DNA of 64,000 bases, from contig JBEKTZ010000008.1 of NCBI GenBank assembly GCA_049515535.1, positions 1-64,000 of the forward strand, given 5' to 3'. Shown in pieces: positions 10,739 through 20,374 of this stretch. This DNA is from Candidatus Aminicenantales bacterium (GTDB lineage Bacteria > Acidobacteriota > Aminicenantia > Aminicenantales > UBA4085). Each line of letters begins with the position of its first letter. Position 1 is the first letter of the stretch. A program made the translations under genes and the position numbers. The notes under the pieces are model-generated. The model was not told the origin of the DNA. It made no database searches and saw only the letters and a list, made by a program, of their open reading frames with translations.

Positions 10739-11039
10739 TGTTATTCCCGTTTCTCAGAAAATAGATTTTTCTATTGATGTAGCTCTCGAAAAAACTTTGG
10801 GCGTTGATCCGATTGCTTTCGTATATCCTGCATGCGACTGCTGTTATCGCGTCCACATTGCTGCTGCAGGATGTGAATCTCGCGATAATCTTCTCGGCTA
10901 TTTCATATGCTCTTTGCATAACGGCTTCGTTTTTGTTCTCTATGATTTCTTGAAGTGACTCCTCTTCTTGCTCAGTTATCCCAGCTTGTTCCCAGTCACT
11001 TCCATTCCTGAAATTCTTAACAAAACTTAGTGCTTCCAT
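10677..11039 (-). CDS. helical hypothetical protein, paralogue A2, Asn/Gly tail
   Basis: MEALSFVKNFRNG...; SD GGAGGTGA; similar to 11541..11888. Confidence 0.7.
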   Translation of the reverse strand: MEALSFVKNFRNGSDWEQAGITEQEEESLQEIIENKNEAVMQRAYEIAEKIIARFTSCSSNVDAITAVACRIYESNRINAQSFFESYINRKIYFLRNGNNNGNRNGNGNRNSANGDDDYE

Positions 11040-11043
11040 AATC

Positions 11044-11544
11044 TCACCTCCAGCATGATTCATTCGGTCGTTCATAATTTTTCAAAGTTAGCTTCAAGGC
11101 TTGATGTGGTCTATTTCGTCTTTGAAGTTCGCTGATTTTCGTGTCAAGGAATTCATGATAAGCTTCTATTGATTGCTTGGTTCGCTTCTCGAATAACGCA
11201 TCTGCGAACAGATTAAGAAACCTCAAGGGCTTATTGCGTGCAGAGATATATCTTGTCAAAATCCTTTCTGCCACGTTCAGGCATTCATAATAAATTCGGT
11301 TGTTGTTTTTATATAATCTCCGAATATTTTGATTTTCTGTCGCGACTGATGCCTGTTGCTTGAATCCGTTGCCATTCTTGGAATCCATTTCAAATGAAAC
11401 CGCATTTTCCATTTTGCTTAAGTCTGTTTTCAGCTCGTCTTGTTTCATTAAACCTGCTTGGGCTTTATCCCCAAAATAGACTGTCCTGTTCTTTTGCCCT
11501 AAAAGGTGGGGGCTGTTCCGCCGATTATCGAAATAATCGCTCAT
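11044..11544 (-). CDS. helical hypothetical protein, paralogue B2 (true start possibly internal)
   Basis: ECLNVAERILTRY...FADALFEKRTKQSIEAYHEFL, matching 11876..12238. Confidence 0.7.
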   Translation of the reverse strand: MSDYFDNRRNSPHLLGQKNRTVYFGDKAQAGLMKQDELKTDLSKMENAVSFEMDSKNGNGFKQQASVATENQNIRRLYKNNNRIYYECLNVAERILTRYISARNKPLRFLNLFADALFEKRTKQSIEAYHEFLDTKISELQRRNRPHQALKLTLKNYERPNESCWR

Positions 11545-11888
11545 ATCTCCCCGCCTCCGTTTCCATTTATGCCATTTCCGTTGTTGCCATTCCCGTTTCT
11601 TAGCATCTGCACTTTTGCTCTTAGGAATTCCTGATACGCTGTCAAACTGTGTATGGCTCTTTTCTCGAATAGCCTGTCTGCTGCCTGCTGTATTTGAGGC
11701 AATGGGTTGCTGTAAGCCACGATAAATCTCTTCAGCATCTCGTGGGCATCACGCACGCACTCCTCATATATTTGGTTGTTCATTTTTCTAAGCTGTTCCT
11801 GCAGGGTATTGCTCTCCTCCTCGGTTATGTTTGTGGTCTCCCAGCCATTTCCGCTCCTGAAATTTCTCACAAAGCTTATTGCTTCCAT
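11541..11888 (-). CDS. helical hypothetical protein, paralogue A1, Asn/Gly tail
   Basis: MEAISFVRNFRSG...ADRLFEKR...AYQEFL. Confidence 0.7.
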   Translation of the reverse strand: MEAISFVRNFRSGNGWETTNITEEESNTLQEQLRKMNNQIYEECVRDAHEMLKRFIVAYSNPLPQIQQAADRLFEKRAIHSLTAYQEFLRAKVQMLRNGNGNNGNGINGNGGGEI

Positions 11889-12238
11889 AAACTCGCCTCC
11901 AGTACATTTCCCACTTTTGAAATCCTCGCATTTCTACATCGCAATTCTTTGATTTTAGCTTCAAGAAATTCATGGTACGCTTCTGTTGATTCCTTTGTTC
12001 GCTTCTCAAATAGCTCGTCTGCAAATACCTTTAGAAACCTCGAGGGCTTTTGGTACGACGGTAAATATCTTGTCAAAACCCTCTCAGATGTTTTCAGGCA
12101 CTCTAAAAACATTCGGTTGCTTCTTATCCGCTCCCCTTCCTGAATTTCCCTGCCCCCTTGCTGTGCTATTGCCGCTTGCCCCCGATTTTCTGCTACACCA
12201 AAATCCCTTTCAAGATTTGCTTCTTCCATACCTTCCAC
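11876..12238 (-). CDS. helical hypothetical protein, paralogue B1
   Basis: ECLKTSERVLTRY...FADELFEKRTKESTEAYHEFL; likely ATG 12229 with SD GGAGGTGG. Confidence 0.7.
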   Translation of the reverse strand: MEGMEEANLERDFGVAENRGQAAIAQQGGREIQEGERIRSNRMFLECLKTSERVLTRYLPSYQKPSRFLKVFADELFEKRTKESTEAYHEFLEAKIKELRCRNARISKVGNVLEASLWKQ

Positions 12239-13269
12239 CTCCGCTTTTTCGATCGGCTCTTGGTTGAACCGAATCTATTGAGACAATATTTGGAGCAAAG
12301 CGACCTTCGTTATTGGCGGGAGGCGGCCTTCTTATTTGAGCGAAAGACAGAATACCGCCGTCAGATATCACCATAAATAATATAGGCGGGTATCTGGATT
12401 TTGCTCCGTTAATATAAGCCGCATTTATGCGGCTGGTAATATAACGCAAGCCAGCCCTTTAGGGTGGGTTGCCTATCTTTTATTGTTCTACTCTGCAAAC
12501 CTCTTCACCGTGGGTTGCCTGTATTTATCTAATTCAATTTCTTGGTTTGATCTAATGCCATAGCTGTTGTATCAAACACTTCTCTTTCATCTCGCCTTAG
12601 CGGATTGACCTGATCTTCGGTCTTGTCGCTTTGGCGGACTGTTCTTCTTCTTGGGCGCCTGAGATGGCGCTCTCTTGCTCTTTGGCTAGGCATCTCCTCG
12701 AGATCCTGCTCTCTTTCCTCTCTGGCTTGACCAGATAGTTGTTCGCGTTCTTTTGCCAAAAAACGCCTGGCCTTCCATGCCTGAAAACCCCCACCAGTTC
12801 AGTGGCCAAAATGGACAGTCTTTTTTAGAATGCTATAAAAAAGAACCCCCCTCTTTAGGGGCGGAAGCTGGCCGGATTGGGGGTTCTCGACTCATAGTCT
12901 TTCTCATTTCCTCATTTTTATTATTTCTCTTTATTTCCTTATCTTATAAGCTGGAAATAAACGGCTTTTTCTTCCCCAACGCGTTAATATCAATAAATTT
13001 AGCCCTTAGAAATAAATCGCCCCTATTTTCTACCATAAAAAGCAAAATGCGTTATAGATATGTAGGATTCTCGAGGGAAATTCTTTCTTGAAAAAGGAAT
13101 AGAGAATTTACTTCTATACACAGCAAAATGAGATATATGATAAATAATTATGGAAATATGATTAATATAGAAAACCGCCTGAAAATACCCTCCCTGCCTA
13201 TAACGCAAGATGCAATATATAGTAAGTTATTGCGGCGTATAGTAATAAATTGCGGAGCATAGTAAATAA

Positions 13270-13530
13270 TTATAGAGAATAAACAACGATCGTCCTTTTG
13301 GCTGCTTTAGAGACGATGTGCCGCTTTATTCGATGCTCGGCGGCGAGCTCCTCAAGATACTTATACACCGTGATCCGGCAAACCCTATGCCCTAAAGGGA
13401 CGGAGATTTTTCTCGCCACGGCGGCCGGATTCGCCATTTTAAGCTCCCGAAGCGCCGGCACTATCGCCCACTTTATGTTCTCATTCCTGGGCCTTCCGGA
13501 ATGGATTTTCGGTTCAAGCTCTACTCCCAT
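13270..13530 (-). CDS. putative winged-helix DNA-binding protein
   Basis: GRPR basic arm; PAAVARKI...RITVYKYLEEL HTH-like pattern. Confidence 0.55.
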   Translation of the reverse strand: MGVELEPKIHSGRPRNENIKWAIVPALRELKMANPAAVARKISVPLGHRVCRITVYKYLEELAAEHRIKRHIVSKAAKRTIVVYSL

Positions 13531-13898
13531 TTCTTCTCACCTAGGATCCTCGAATAGGCCTGAAATATCATTCTTCGGACGTTTTCTTCGATCCCTTTTA
13601 CAGGCCAAATAACCAAAGGATTTGTCCCTTCTATTATCTGAAGAAGACCTCGTTCCTGAAGCCAACGGCAGCGTCTTGCGACAGTATCTTTGCTTATCTT
13701 CAGTCCCCTTAGCTCTCCGTGAAGAAGCCCAAGAACGAAACATTCCGGGCACTCGGATCGATAAAACTTCTCCAATATTCTCACGGAAACCAGGTCTATG
13801 CTTAAAAGAACATTCAGCCAATCGATGCTGAGGTTGGCGTCGTATGGTTGCTGACATTCCTGTTCTTTCTCAATCGTTAAGTCAATTTCCTGCTCCAT
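13521..13898 (-). CDS. putative winged-helix protein
   Basis: SVRILEKFY...ISKDTVARRCRWLQERGLLQII pattern; overlaps the next gene. Confidence 0.6.
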   Translation of the reverse strand: MEQEIDLTIEKEQECQQPYDANLSIDWLNVLLSIDLVSVRILEKFYRSECPECFVLGLLHGELRGLKISKDTVARRCRWLQERGLLQIIEGTNPLVIWPVKGIEENVRRMIFQAYSRILGEKKWE

Positions 13899-13996
13899 TT
13901 TTCTCGCCCTATTTTTTGCTTAATAATTAGAAATCGGAATATTTAAGTATTTCGATACTCAAGCGGCGAGGTCCTTATTTTTTATCCTCTGGAGTC

Positions 13997-14014
13997 GAGA
14001 AAAATATTTATAGT
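13997..14014 (+). promoter_or_regulatory. archaeal-type BRE/TATA candidate
   Basis: GAGAAAAATA-TTTATA; TATA starts 28 nt before ATG 14035; no SD, so leaderless-like. Confidence 0.4.
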
Positions 14015-14034
14015 AGGCTATCCAATATTCTTGA

Positions 14035-14649
14035 ATGTTCTTATCTAAGCTGTTCAAACGGGAAAAAAAGGACGTGCCTGGTCAGAGAAGCCGACATTCC
14101 GATGATTATGATAGTTATGATACTTATCATAATCTTGGTCCGAGCCATAATGATGAAGAGGCGAGTCATCATTATGATAATTATGATAATCATGCCAAAA
14201 CCCGGAGTAGAAGCTTGGACGATGTTTATAGCCTGCTCGAAAAACACGACGCCGAGGTCAAGGCTCTCATCAGCTCAATTCCATCACAAACGATCGAGAG
14301 TTTAAAGTCTATCCAGAAGAACTACCCCCGCCTTTTTACCTCTCTTATGCAAAAATTCGAGGAGGCGGTAAAGTCCCAAGTGGAGGATCTTATCGACAAA
14401 TCAATCCTTGCGGCAGTCAAAGGCCAAGGTAAAATCTCAAGCCTTAAGCTTCTTGACGAAATTACGGTTTCTAAAAATATCTGCTCCCAATCCACGCTTT
14501 ACCTGCATCTAAATAAGCTATTCAAAGAGGGAGTTCTGCTCAAACAAAGAGAAGGAAAGATCGTTTATTATTCCTTCCCGTCCCCCAGAATAGAAAAGCT
14601 CGAGCCGACAGTCGAGATATCGAACGATTACGATTACGATCAGCCATAA
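14035..14649 (+). CDS. protein with D/Y/N/H low-complexity N-region and C-terminal wHTH
   Basis: CSQSTLYLHLNKLFKEGVLLKQREGKIVYYS, an ArsR-like wing. Confidence 0.7.
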   Translation: MFLSKLFKREKKDVPGQRSRHSDDYDSYDTYHNLGPSHNDEEASHHYDNYDNHAKTRSRSLDDVYSLLEKHDAEVKALISSIPSQTIESLKSIQKNYPRLFTSLMQKFEEAVKSQVEDLIDKSILAAVKGQGKISSLKLLDEITVSKNICSQSTLYLHLNKLFKEGVLLKQREGKIVYYSFPSPRIEKLEPTVEISNDYDYDQP

Positions 14650-14771
14650 TCGAAATCGAAAGCGTCATAATTATGAACGATTATGACCCGAATCATAATG
14701 GTCATAATGGTTGTATGGGCAGGAATTCTTATCTTTGCTTGAAACCGCTCAGGGGAGTAACATAAGAGATA

Positions 14772-15530
14772 ATGACAACGGGAATTATCCTAGCAATTGC
14801 AATTCTTGTTATTCTTTTAGCTTCATTGGTCTTCATAAAGGTTCAGCCAGGTCGAAAACCCAGTCTTGAAGGCATTGAAGACCTTCGAGCGGCACAAGCC
14901 TACGACCGGATCAGTAAATGGCCGCAGTTTCGGGCATTAAGGCGGCTGATTGTGCGGGAACTTCGCCAGCATCGGCCAACGGGAATCCTTGCTGATATTG
15001 GCTGCGGTCCGGGGTTATTGACTATACTCATCGCCCGGAAATTTCCTCAATTGAAGGTCCTTGGGCTCGACACGGCGCAAGAGCTGATCAAAACTGCCAA
15101 CAAGAATGCGTTATCTCTAGGATTCCAAGGGCGGGTCGAATTTCAAGAAGGGAATATCCGCAGCATGCCGGTGCCTGATCATACGCTGGACTTTGCCGTA
15201 AGTAGCATGTCGTTACATCACTGGTCCGAACCTGAGCGTGGCTTGGCGGAAATCCATCGCGCACTCAAACCCGGAGGGCAAGTATTGTTGTTTGATATGC
15301 GCAGGGATTCGCGGCTCTTCTTTTATATGCTAATGAAATTCGCCAGATCGATTGTCATGCCTACTGCGATGCGAAATCTCAACGAACCACTGGGATCAAT
15401 ACTGGCCAGCTACACCCCGATGGAAGCAAACGAAATGTTCGCTTGCTCTCCGTTTAAAACATTTATAATTAAAGACGGGTTCGCATGGATGTTCGTATGG
15501 GGGAGGAAGGAACCATCCAACTCCGGATAA
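14772..15530 (+). CDS. class I SAM-dependent methyltransferase with N-terminal TM
   Basis: ADIGCGPG, SLHHW and LKPGG motifs. Confidence 0.9.
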   Translation: MTTGIILAIAILVILLASLVFIKVQPGRKPSLEGIEDLRAAQAYDRISKWPQFRALRRLIVRELRQHRPTGILADIGCGPGLLTILIARKFPQLKVLGLDTAQELIKTANKNALSLGFQGRVEFQEGNIRSMPVPDHTLDFAVSSMSLHHWSEPERGLAEIHRALKPGGQVLLFDMRRDSRLFFYMLMKFARSIVMPTAMRNLNEPLGSILASYTPMEANEMFACSPFKTFIIKDGFAWMFVWGRKEPSNSG

Positions 15531-15660
15531 ATTGAACAACTGTCAACATTATCTATTTTGCGATTAAAGCGCCGGTTTCGCTCATTATTTTTGAGATAAG
15601 GGAGCTAATCCTCACAAATCATCCTAACTCAATGCTTCCCTGTCCGCCTATATTACCAGC

Positions 15661-16089
15661 TCAATTCTGTCCCGCGATCAGGAGCATCCGGTGAAAGCTC
15701 TTCCTCACTTTGCCCAGCATTTTGAAGAATTTCGGGTTTAGATAGTAGTAATAGTTATTTTTATACAAGGACCTGTCGTACCTCCGCCGAAATCGAATTA
15801 CCTCATTCTGCTTGAGATTATGTAGGATCTTGTGCATTGTGCTCTTTGCGATTTTGTTTTCTCTTCTAAATCTGGCAATGTCTTTTCCCTCTAATACCCT
15901 CTCCCTTTTGGACATAAATAGGTCGAAAAACGAGGCTAATGTCGACTCTTCCTTATCGTTTGAGGCCAGGAATTTCGCCGCGGCCATGTCCATCTTGGCA
16001 AGTCTCACATTTCGGCTACGGATTTTTATCATGATTTTCAACTTCACGGCCATGACCGAGATTTTTCCATCAAGAAATACTTTTTTCAC
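15661..16089 (-). CDS. putative wHTH protein
   Basis: IAKSTMHKILHNLKQNEVI...YYLNP pattern. Confidence 0.55.
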   Translation of the reverse strand: MKKVFLDGKISVMAVKLKIMIKIRSRNVRLAKMDMAAAKFLASNDKEESTLASFFDLFMSKRERVLEGKDIARFRRENKIAKSTMHKILHNLKQNEVIRFRRRYDRSLYKNNYYYYLNPKFFKMLGKVRKSFHRMLLIAGQN

Positions 16090-16264
16090 GAAACTTTAAA
16101 TGCTTATGGTTCACGAAATCGGAAACCTCGGCTGTTTTTAATAGAATTATGGCAAATGCCCCTGATCTTATGGCAAGAGATATTCTTCCCGAAATATTTG
16201 AAATAGTTTTCAAACTTTCAATTTGTTTTAAGCCTTTTTAAAACTCACTCGATTAGCTCAGCTT

Positions 16265-16280
16265 GGGAAAGTTTTAAATA
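16265..16280 (+). promoter_or_regulatory. archaeal-type BRE/TATA candidate
   Basis: GGGAAAGT-TTTAAATA; TATA starts 30 nt before ATG 16303; no SD. Confidence 0.4.
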
Positions 16281-16302
16281 GTTTTCAAACCGATAAATAT
16301 TT

Positions 16303-16554
16303 ATGTCTAAACGCGGAAACGAGAAAAAAGAGAAATATCTAATGGATAAAAGAATTCTTTCAATTCTAAAAAGAGCTCCAAAAAGAGGGATTTGGATGAA
16401 AAATCTTGCCCTAAGATTAAAAATATCGAGATCACTATTAAATTACTATTTGTTCGGAATGAGAAATAATGGGAGTATAAAGGGAGGCAGAATCAGAAAT
16501 ATTATTGTAATCCGTAATGAGGGAAATAATCGATTCGTATATCTTAAAGATTAG
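16303..16554 (+). CDS. small wHTH protein
   Basis: DKRILSILK...LALRLKISRSLLNYYL. Confidence 0.6.
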   Translation: MSKRGNEKKEKYLMDKRILSILKRAPKRGIWMKNLALRLKISRSLLNYYLFGMRNNGSIKGGRIRNIIVIRNEGNNRFVYLKD

Positions 16555-16840
16555 GTGGGGGAACATATTTAGCTCTCCGACTGTCTTGTCTGTCTGATCA
16601 AGAAAATCGTTAACTTGCATGCCGCTTATTTTAATTTATGGCGGATAGAAAATTGAATATTCTTGAAAAGTTTCTATAAGATCACTTAGTTTATTGCAAA
16701 AATGAGAATTATTCCTGCCTTCCTTCGTCCTTCATTATGAGGCTAATATTCGCCGTCACGGCATCACTTCTCCTGGGTCCTTCGTTCCGGAGGGAGGTTG
16801 TGATACCCTTAGAAGTGGCATCGGAGGCAAATGCTCATTG

Positions 16841-17638
16841 CTATAGCCCTTTTCCGTGGCATTTTTTGTATTTCGTCCCACTTCCGCATGGACACGGTTC
16901 ATTTCTTCCTACTTTAGCAACGCTTTTTATTGAAGTTAGTTTTTTTATAATATCCGGAGGAGCCGTAGTAACAGAAACGCCTCCGAATATCAGCCCGGCC
17001 GTAGTATTTTGTTTTTTTGAATAAGTAGGGATTAAAGACTTTAATGTTTCATGGGCGATCTGACGTATTGCAGCGCGTTCGGGTCCCTGTAAAGGGCGAT
17101 TCCCATGCGCATTTTGCACTATCCATCCTAAGCCACCCTTTTTTGATATTATCGAATATGCCTCATCCAATTTTGGATCGACATGGGCACCGCCATCTTG
17201 ATTTGTAGTAAATAATATAAGTTGACCTCGAGAGAACTGGCGTCTTTCTGTGTCCACGAAAACAGGATTGTTCCACCATTGATCAAAATCGATTTCTTTT
17301 AATTTTTCTGGCGTGTCGTCTAGCATAGCAATATATCGGGGAGATGAAGATTCCATGGCAATACACACTAACCCGCCATATCCCAGCAAGTTGTTTGGAT
17401 CATATTTTACGGCAGAATCAATGAACATTTGATTCTTCATCCCCAACTGCCCGAGTAAAGATGTAGATTGTTTTGAATCATAAAGCAAAATGCGAAGGTC
17501 CACTGCCAGTCTCTTCGCCTCTCCCTCAAAACCGCTGTCAAAAGAAATTGCTGATTGTTTTAGAAAATGTAATTGTTCATTAAGGTGTCTAATAAGATCG
17601 TCTTTTGAAATAGGAATTTTTGGGCGTATTTTTAACAT
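16841..17638 (-). CDS. SEC-C motif protein with uncharacterised (possibly HEPN-like) N-terminal domain
   Basis: C-terminal [29 protein letters not shown] motif. Confidence 0.8.
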   Translation of the reverse strand: MLKIRPKIPISKDDLIRHLNEQLHFLKQSAISFDSGFEGEAKRLAVDLRILLYDSKQSTSLLGQLGMKNQMFIDSAVKYDPNNLLGYGGLVCIAMESSSPRYIAMLDDTPEKLKEIDFDQWWNNPVFVDTERRQFSRGQLILFTTNQDGGAHVDPKLDEAYSIISKKGGLGWIVQNAHGNRPLQGPERAAIRQIAHETLKSLIPTYSKKQNTTAGLIFGGVSVTTAPPDIIKKLTSIKSVAKVGRNEPCPCGSGTKYKKCHGKGL

Positions 17639-17888
17639 TTTACCCCATTCCCTGAGAATTTCTTGCCTCTCGGCCGTCTATATTGATGAGGCACATCCTT
17701 CGCCGTCACGGCGTCGTTTTTATGGGGGAGGCTAGCGATGACCCGGCCTTCCCCGCCTCATCCATATCGGCCAACTTCCTAAACTCTGGATCATCCCAAA
17801 GTGAAGTTAAGTCCTTCTCTGTTTTTATCAGTATTTTTATATTTTAATCCAATTCGATAGCTTTTCATTATTTTCTCAACGCAGGTGC

Positions 17889-19691
17889 TTACCTTCCTAT
17901 CTTAGACAGACAATAAGCGATTCTGAGCAAAGCATCCGAAAAATCCGGTTTCAATTCCATAGCTTTTTTATAAGCTCCGATAGCTTCTTCGAAGCGGCCG
18001 AGCTTTTCAAGCGTAGATGCTTTATTAATCCAACCTTCTGGAGCCATCGGCTTCAGTTTGATAGCTTTGTTAAAAGCGATGAGGGCTTCCTCAAAACGGC
18101 TGAATTCTTTAAGCACTATGCCCCTGCTATACCAAGCATTTGCGTAATCCGGATCTAACTCAATAATTTCATCGTAAGCGGCGAGGGCTTCCTTAAAGCG
18201 AAGAAGCTTTTCAAGTATAAGGCCCTTGTTATACCAAACCAATGTACTATCCGGCTTCAGCTCGATGGCTTTCTCGAAAGCGGCAACAGCTTCCTCGAGG
18301 CGATTAAGCTTTTCAAGCATAACGCCCTTACTAAACCAAGCCTCTTGAAAATTCGGATCTAACTCGATAGTTTTTTCGAAAGCGGCGAGTGCTTCCTCAT
18401 AACAATCCAACTTTTCGAGCATATAGCCCTTGTCAAACCAGGCCATTTTATCATCCGGCTTCAGCTCGATGGCTTTCTCGAAAGCGGCAACAGCTTCCTC
18501 AAGGCGATTAAGCTTTTCAAGCATAACGCCCTTGTTAAACCAAGCCACTTGAAAATCCGGCTTTAATTCGATAGTTTTTTCGAAAGCGGCGAGTGCTTCC
18601 TCATAGCAATCTAACTTTAAGAGCATATCGCTCTTTTTATACCAAGATACGTAATCATCCGGCTCAAGCTCGATAGCTTTTTCGTAAGCGGCAAGGGCGG
18701 GCCCAAAGCGAGCTAACTTTTCAAGTAATTGGCCTTTATTGAGCCATGCCATTCGATTTTCCGGCTTCAACTCGATGGTTTTTTCATAAGCGTTGAGGGC
18801 TTCTTCGAAACGGCTGAGCCTCTCAAGCGTATAGCCTTTGTTAATCCATGCGGCTGGATCGCCCAGCTTCAGCTCGATAGCTTTCTCAAAAGCAGCAAGG
18901 GCTTCATCGAAGAGGCTGAGATCTCTAAGTGTATAGCCCTCTAAATACCAAGCTTTTGGGTCATCCGGATTGAGCTCAATGGCTTTTTTAAAAGCGTTGA
19001 GCGCTTCCTCAAAACGGCTGAAATCTCTAAGTATCATGCCCCTGCTATACCAAGCATTTGCGTTATCCGGATCTAACTCAATAGTTTTATCGTAAGCGGC
19101 GAGGGATTCCTCGAAGCGTCCGAGGTGCCCAAGCACATAGGCTTTATTCATCCATACTACCGAATCATCCGGCTTGAGCTCGATGGCTTTGTCGTAGGCG
19201 CGAAGGGCTTCCTCCCATCGTTTAAGGAAGCCGAATGATACTCCAAGATGGTATTGTGCAATCGTCCGCGCCTCAATATCTCCAGTCCTGGCAGCAATCA
19301 GAGACATTTCCGAAAAATATGGAAGGGAATTTTCATGCCTTCCAGCCCACGTAAAAGAAACCCCGATTAGATTTAGAGCTGCGCATTTTTCGCTATCTAG
19401 AATCGAATATCGCTTAAGATAATCTGATAATACGGAAATGGCTGTTTCATAGTCGGAGTTCTTCATTGCTGCCAGAGCTTTATCGTAGACGGCTTGCTTG
19501 TCCTTCTTTTTTAGGAAGGAGACTCCGTCTTGATAAAGGTATGTATCAATCTTATCGCTCAATTCCTCGAAAAGGGCCTCGGTTCGCTTCTGGTAATTTT
19601 GGCTTCTTTTTTCTTGAACGACGAAAAGAACTACAGCGACAATGGCTGCAATTACCGCAAAAACCGCGGCGATTATCCAAGGAGAGATCAT
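17889..19691 (-). CDS. membrane-anchored TPR protein
   Basis: N-terminal TM, then many 34-aa W-NKG--L--L-R-EEA--A--KAIEL-P repeats. Confidence 0.95.
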   Translation of the reverse strand: MISPWIIAAVFAVIAAIVAVVLFVVQEKRSQNYQKRTEALFEELSDKIDTYLYQDGVSFLKKKDKQAVYDKALAAMKNSDYETAISVLSDYLKRYSILDSEKCAALNLIGVSFTWAGRHENSLPYFSEMSLIAARTGDIEARTIAQYHLGVSFGFLKRWEEALRAYDKAIELKPDDSVVWMNKAYVLGHLGRFEESLAAYDKTIELDPDNANAWYSRGMILRDFSRFEEALNAFKKAIELNPDDPKAWYLEGYTLRDLSLFDEALAAFEKAIELKLGDPAAWINKGYTLERLSRFEEALNAYEKTIELKPENRMAWLNKGQLLEKLARFGPALAAYEKAIELEPDDYVSWYKKSDMLLKLDCYEEALAAFEKTIELKPDFQVAWFNKGVMLEKLNRLEEAVAAFEKAIELKPDDKMAWFDKGYMLEKLDCYEEALAAFEKTIELDPNFQEAWFSKGVMLEKLNRLEEAVAAFEKAIELKPDSTLVWYNKGLILEKLLRFKEALAAYDEIIELDPDYANAWYSRGIVLKEFSRFEEALIAFNKAIKLKPMAPEGWINKASTLEKLGRFEEAIGAYKKAMELKPDFSDALLRIAYCLSKIGR

Positions 19692-19892
19692 TGCCTAGTT
19701 ATATGTCCTTAATTATTCCTAAAAAATCACCTGGGATACTTTTAACGAACCCTTTGTAGAATCCCCCGCGGCTTGCGTAGAAATATTTAGTCGGTCGCTC
19801 AGGTCTTTTATTGAAACGGTCGAACTGCTCTGATAAATATCTATCCTCCTCACCGTCTATATCAATGAGGCGCTACCATCGCCTTCACGGCG

Positions 19893-20309
19893 TCACTTCT
19901 CCCGGGGGCCAGCCGGGCGATCGGCGGCCCCGGGCGCCTCATCTTTTCTCTTCGGAAATGCTTCTCTTAACGCCTCCTTACATAATTCTACTGCCGGTAG
20001 ATGCCGCAATTCGGGATGATTTTCAAGATATTTCCCAAATACATCCGCTATTTGTCCGACCGTTACGCCCGTTTCACCACTAGGTAGATCGAAAAACAAA
20101 CTATTAAAACAATCAGCGACGGCTGCAGTGAATCCAAGGAAAAACGCAGCATTAGAAAAATCCAGATTCGTCTTTACTTCTTTTTTTCGTGCCAAATAAT
20201 TTTCATATATTTTATTCCCGGTCATAAACTGGCCATAAACTTCAGAAAACAAAACAATCAAAGCAAAGCAGACAGAAATCAGCATAGACGTTATGCTTTT
20301 AATCTTCAT
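19893..20309 (-). CDS. Rap1a/Tai-family immunity-like exported protein
   Basis: Signal peptide; FMTGN...VTVGQIADVFGKYLENHPELRHLPA...ALREAFP resembles Rap1a; SD GAGGAGG. Confidence 0.7.
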   Translation of the reverse strand: MKIKSITSMLISVCFALIVLFSEVYGQFMTGNKIYENYLARKKEVKTNLDFSNAAFFLGFTAAVADCFNSLFFDLPSGETGVTVGQIADVFGKYLENHPELRHLPAVELCKEALREAFPKRKDEAPGAADRPAGPREK

Positions 20310-20374
20310 AGACCCCTCCTCAATAAATGCGATCGGACGCAAATTCTTTATTAACCGGATCCCTGGGCCCTGCC

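Noticed and set aside
12529..12778. Possible frameshifted small gene at a T6 run
   Set aside because: No recognisable homology to support it.
17889..19691. DGR template/variable repeat among the near-identical TPR repeats
   Set aside because: No reverse transcriptase in the window; the repeats are in-frame intragenic duplications.
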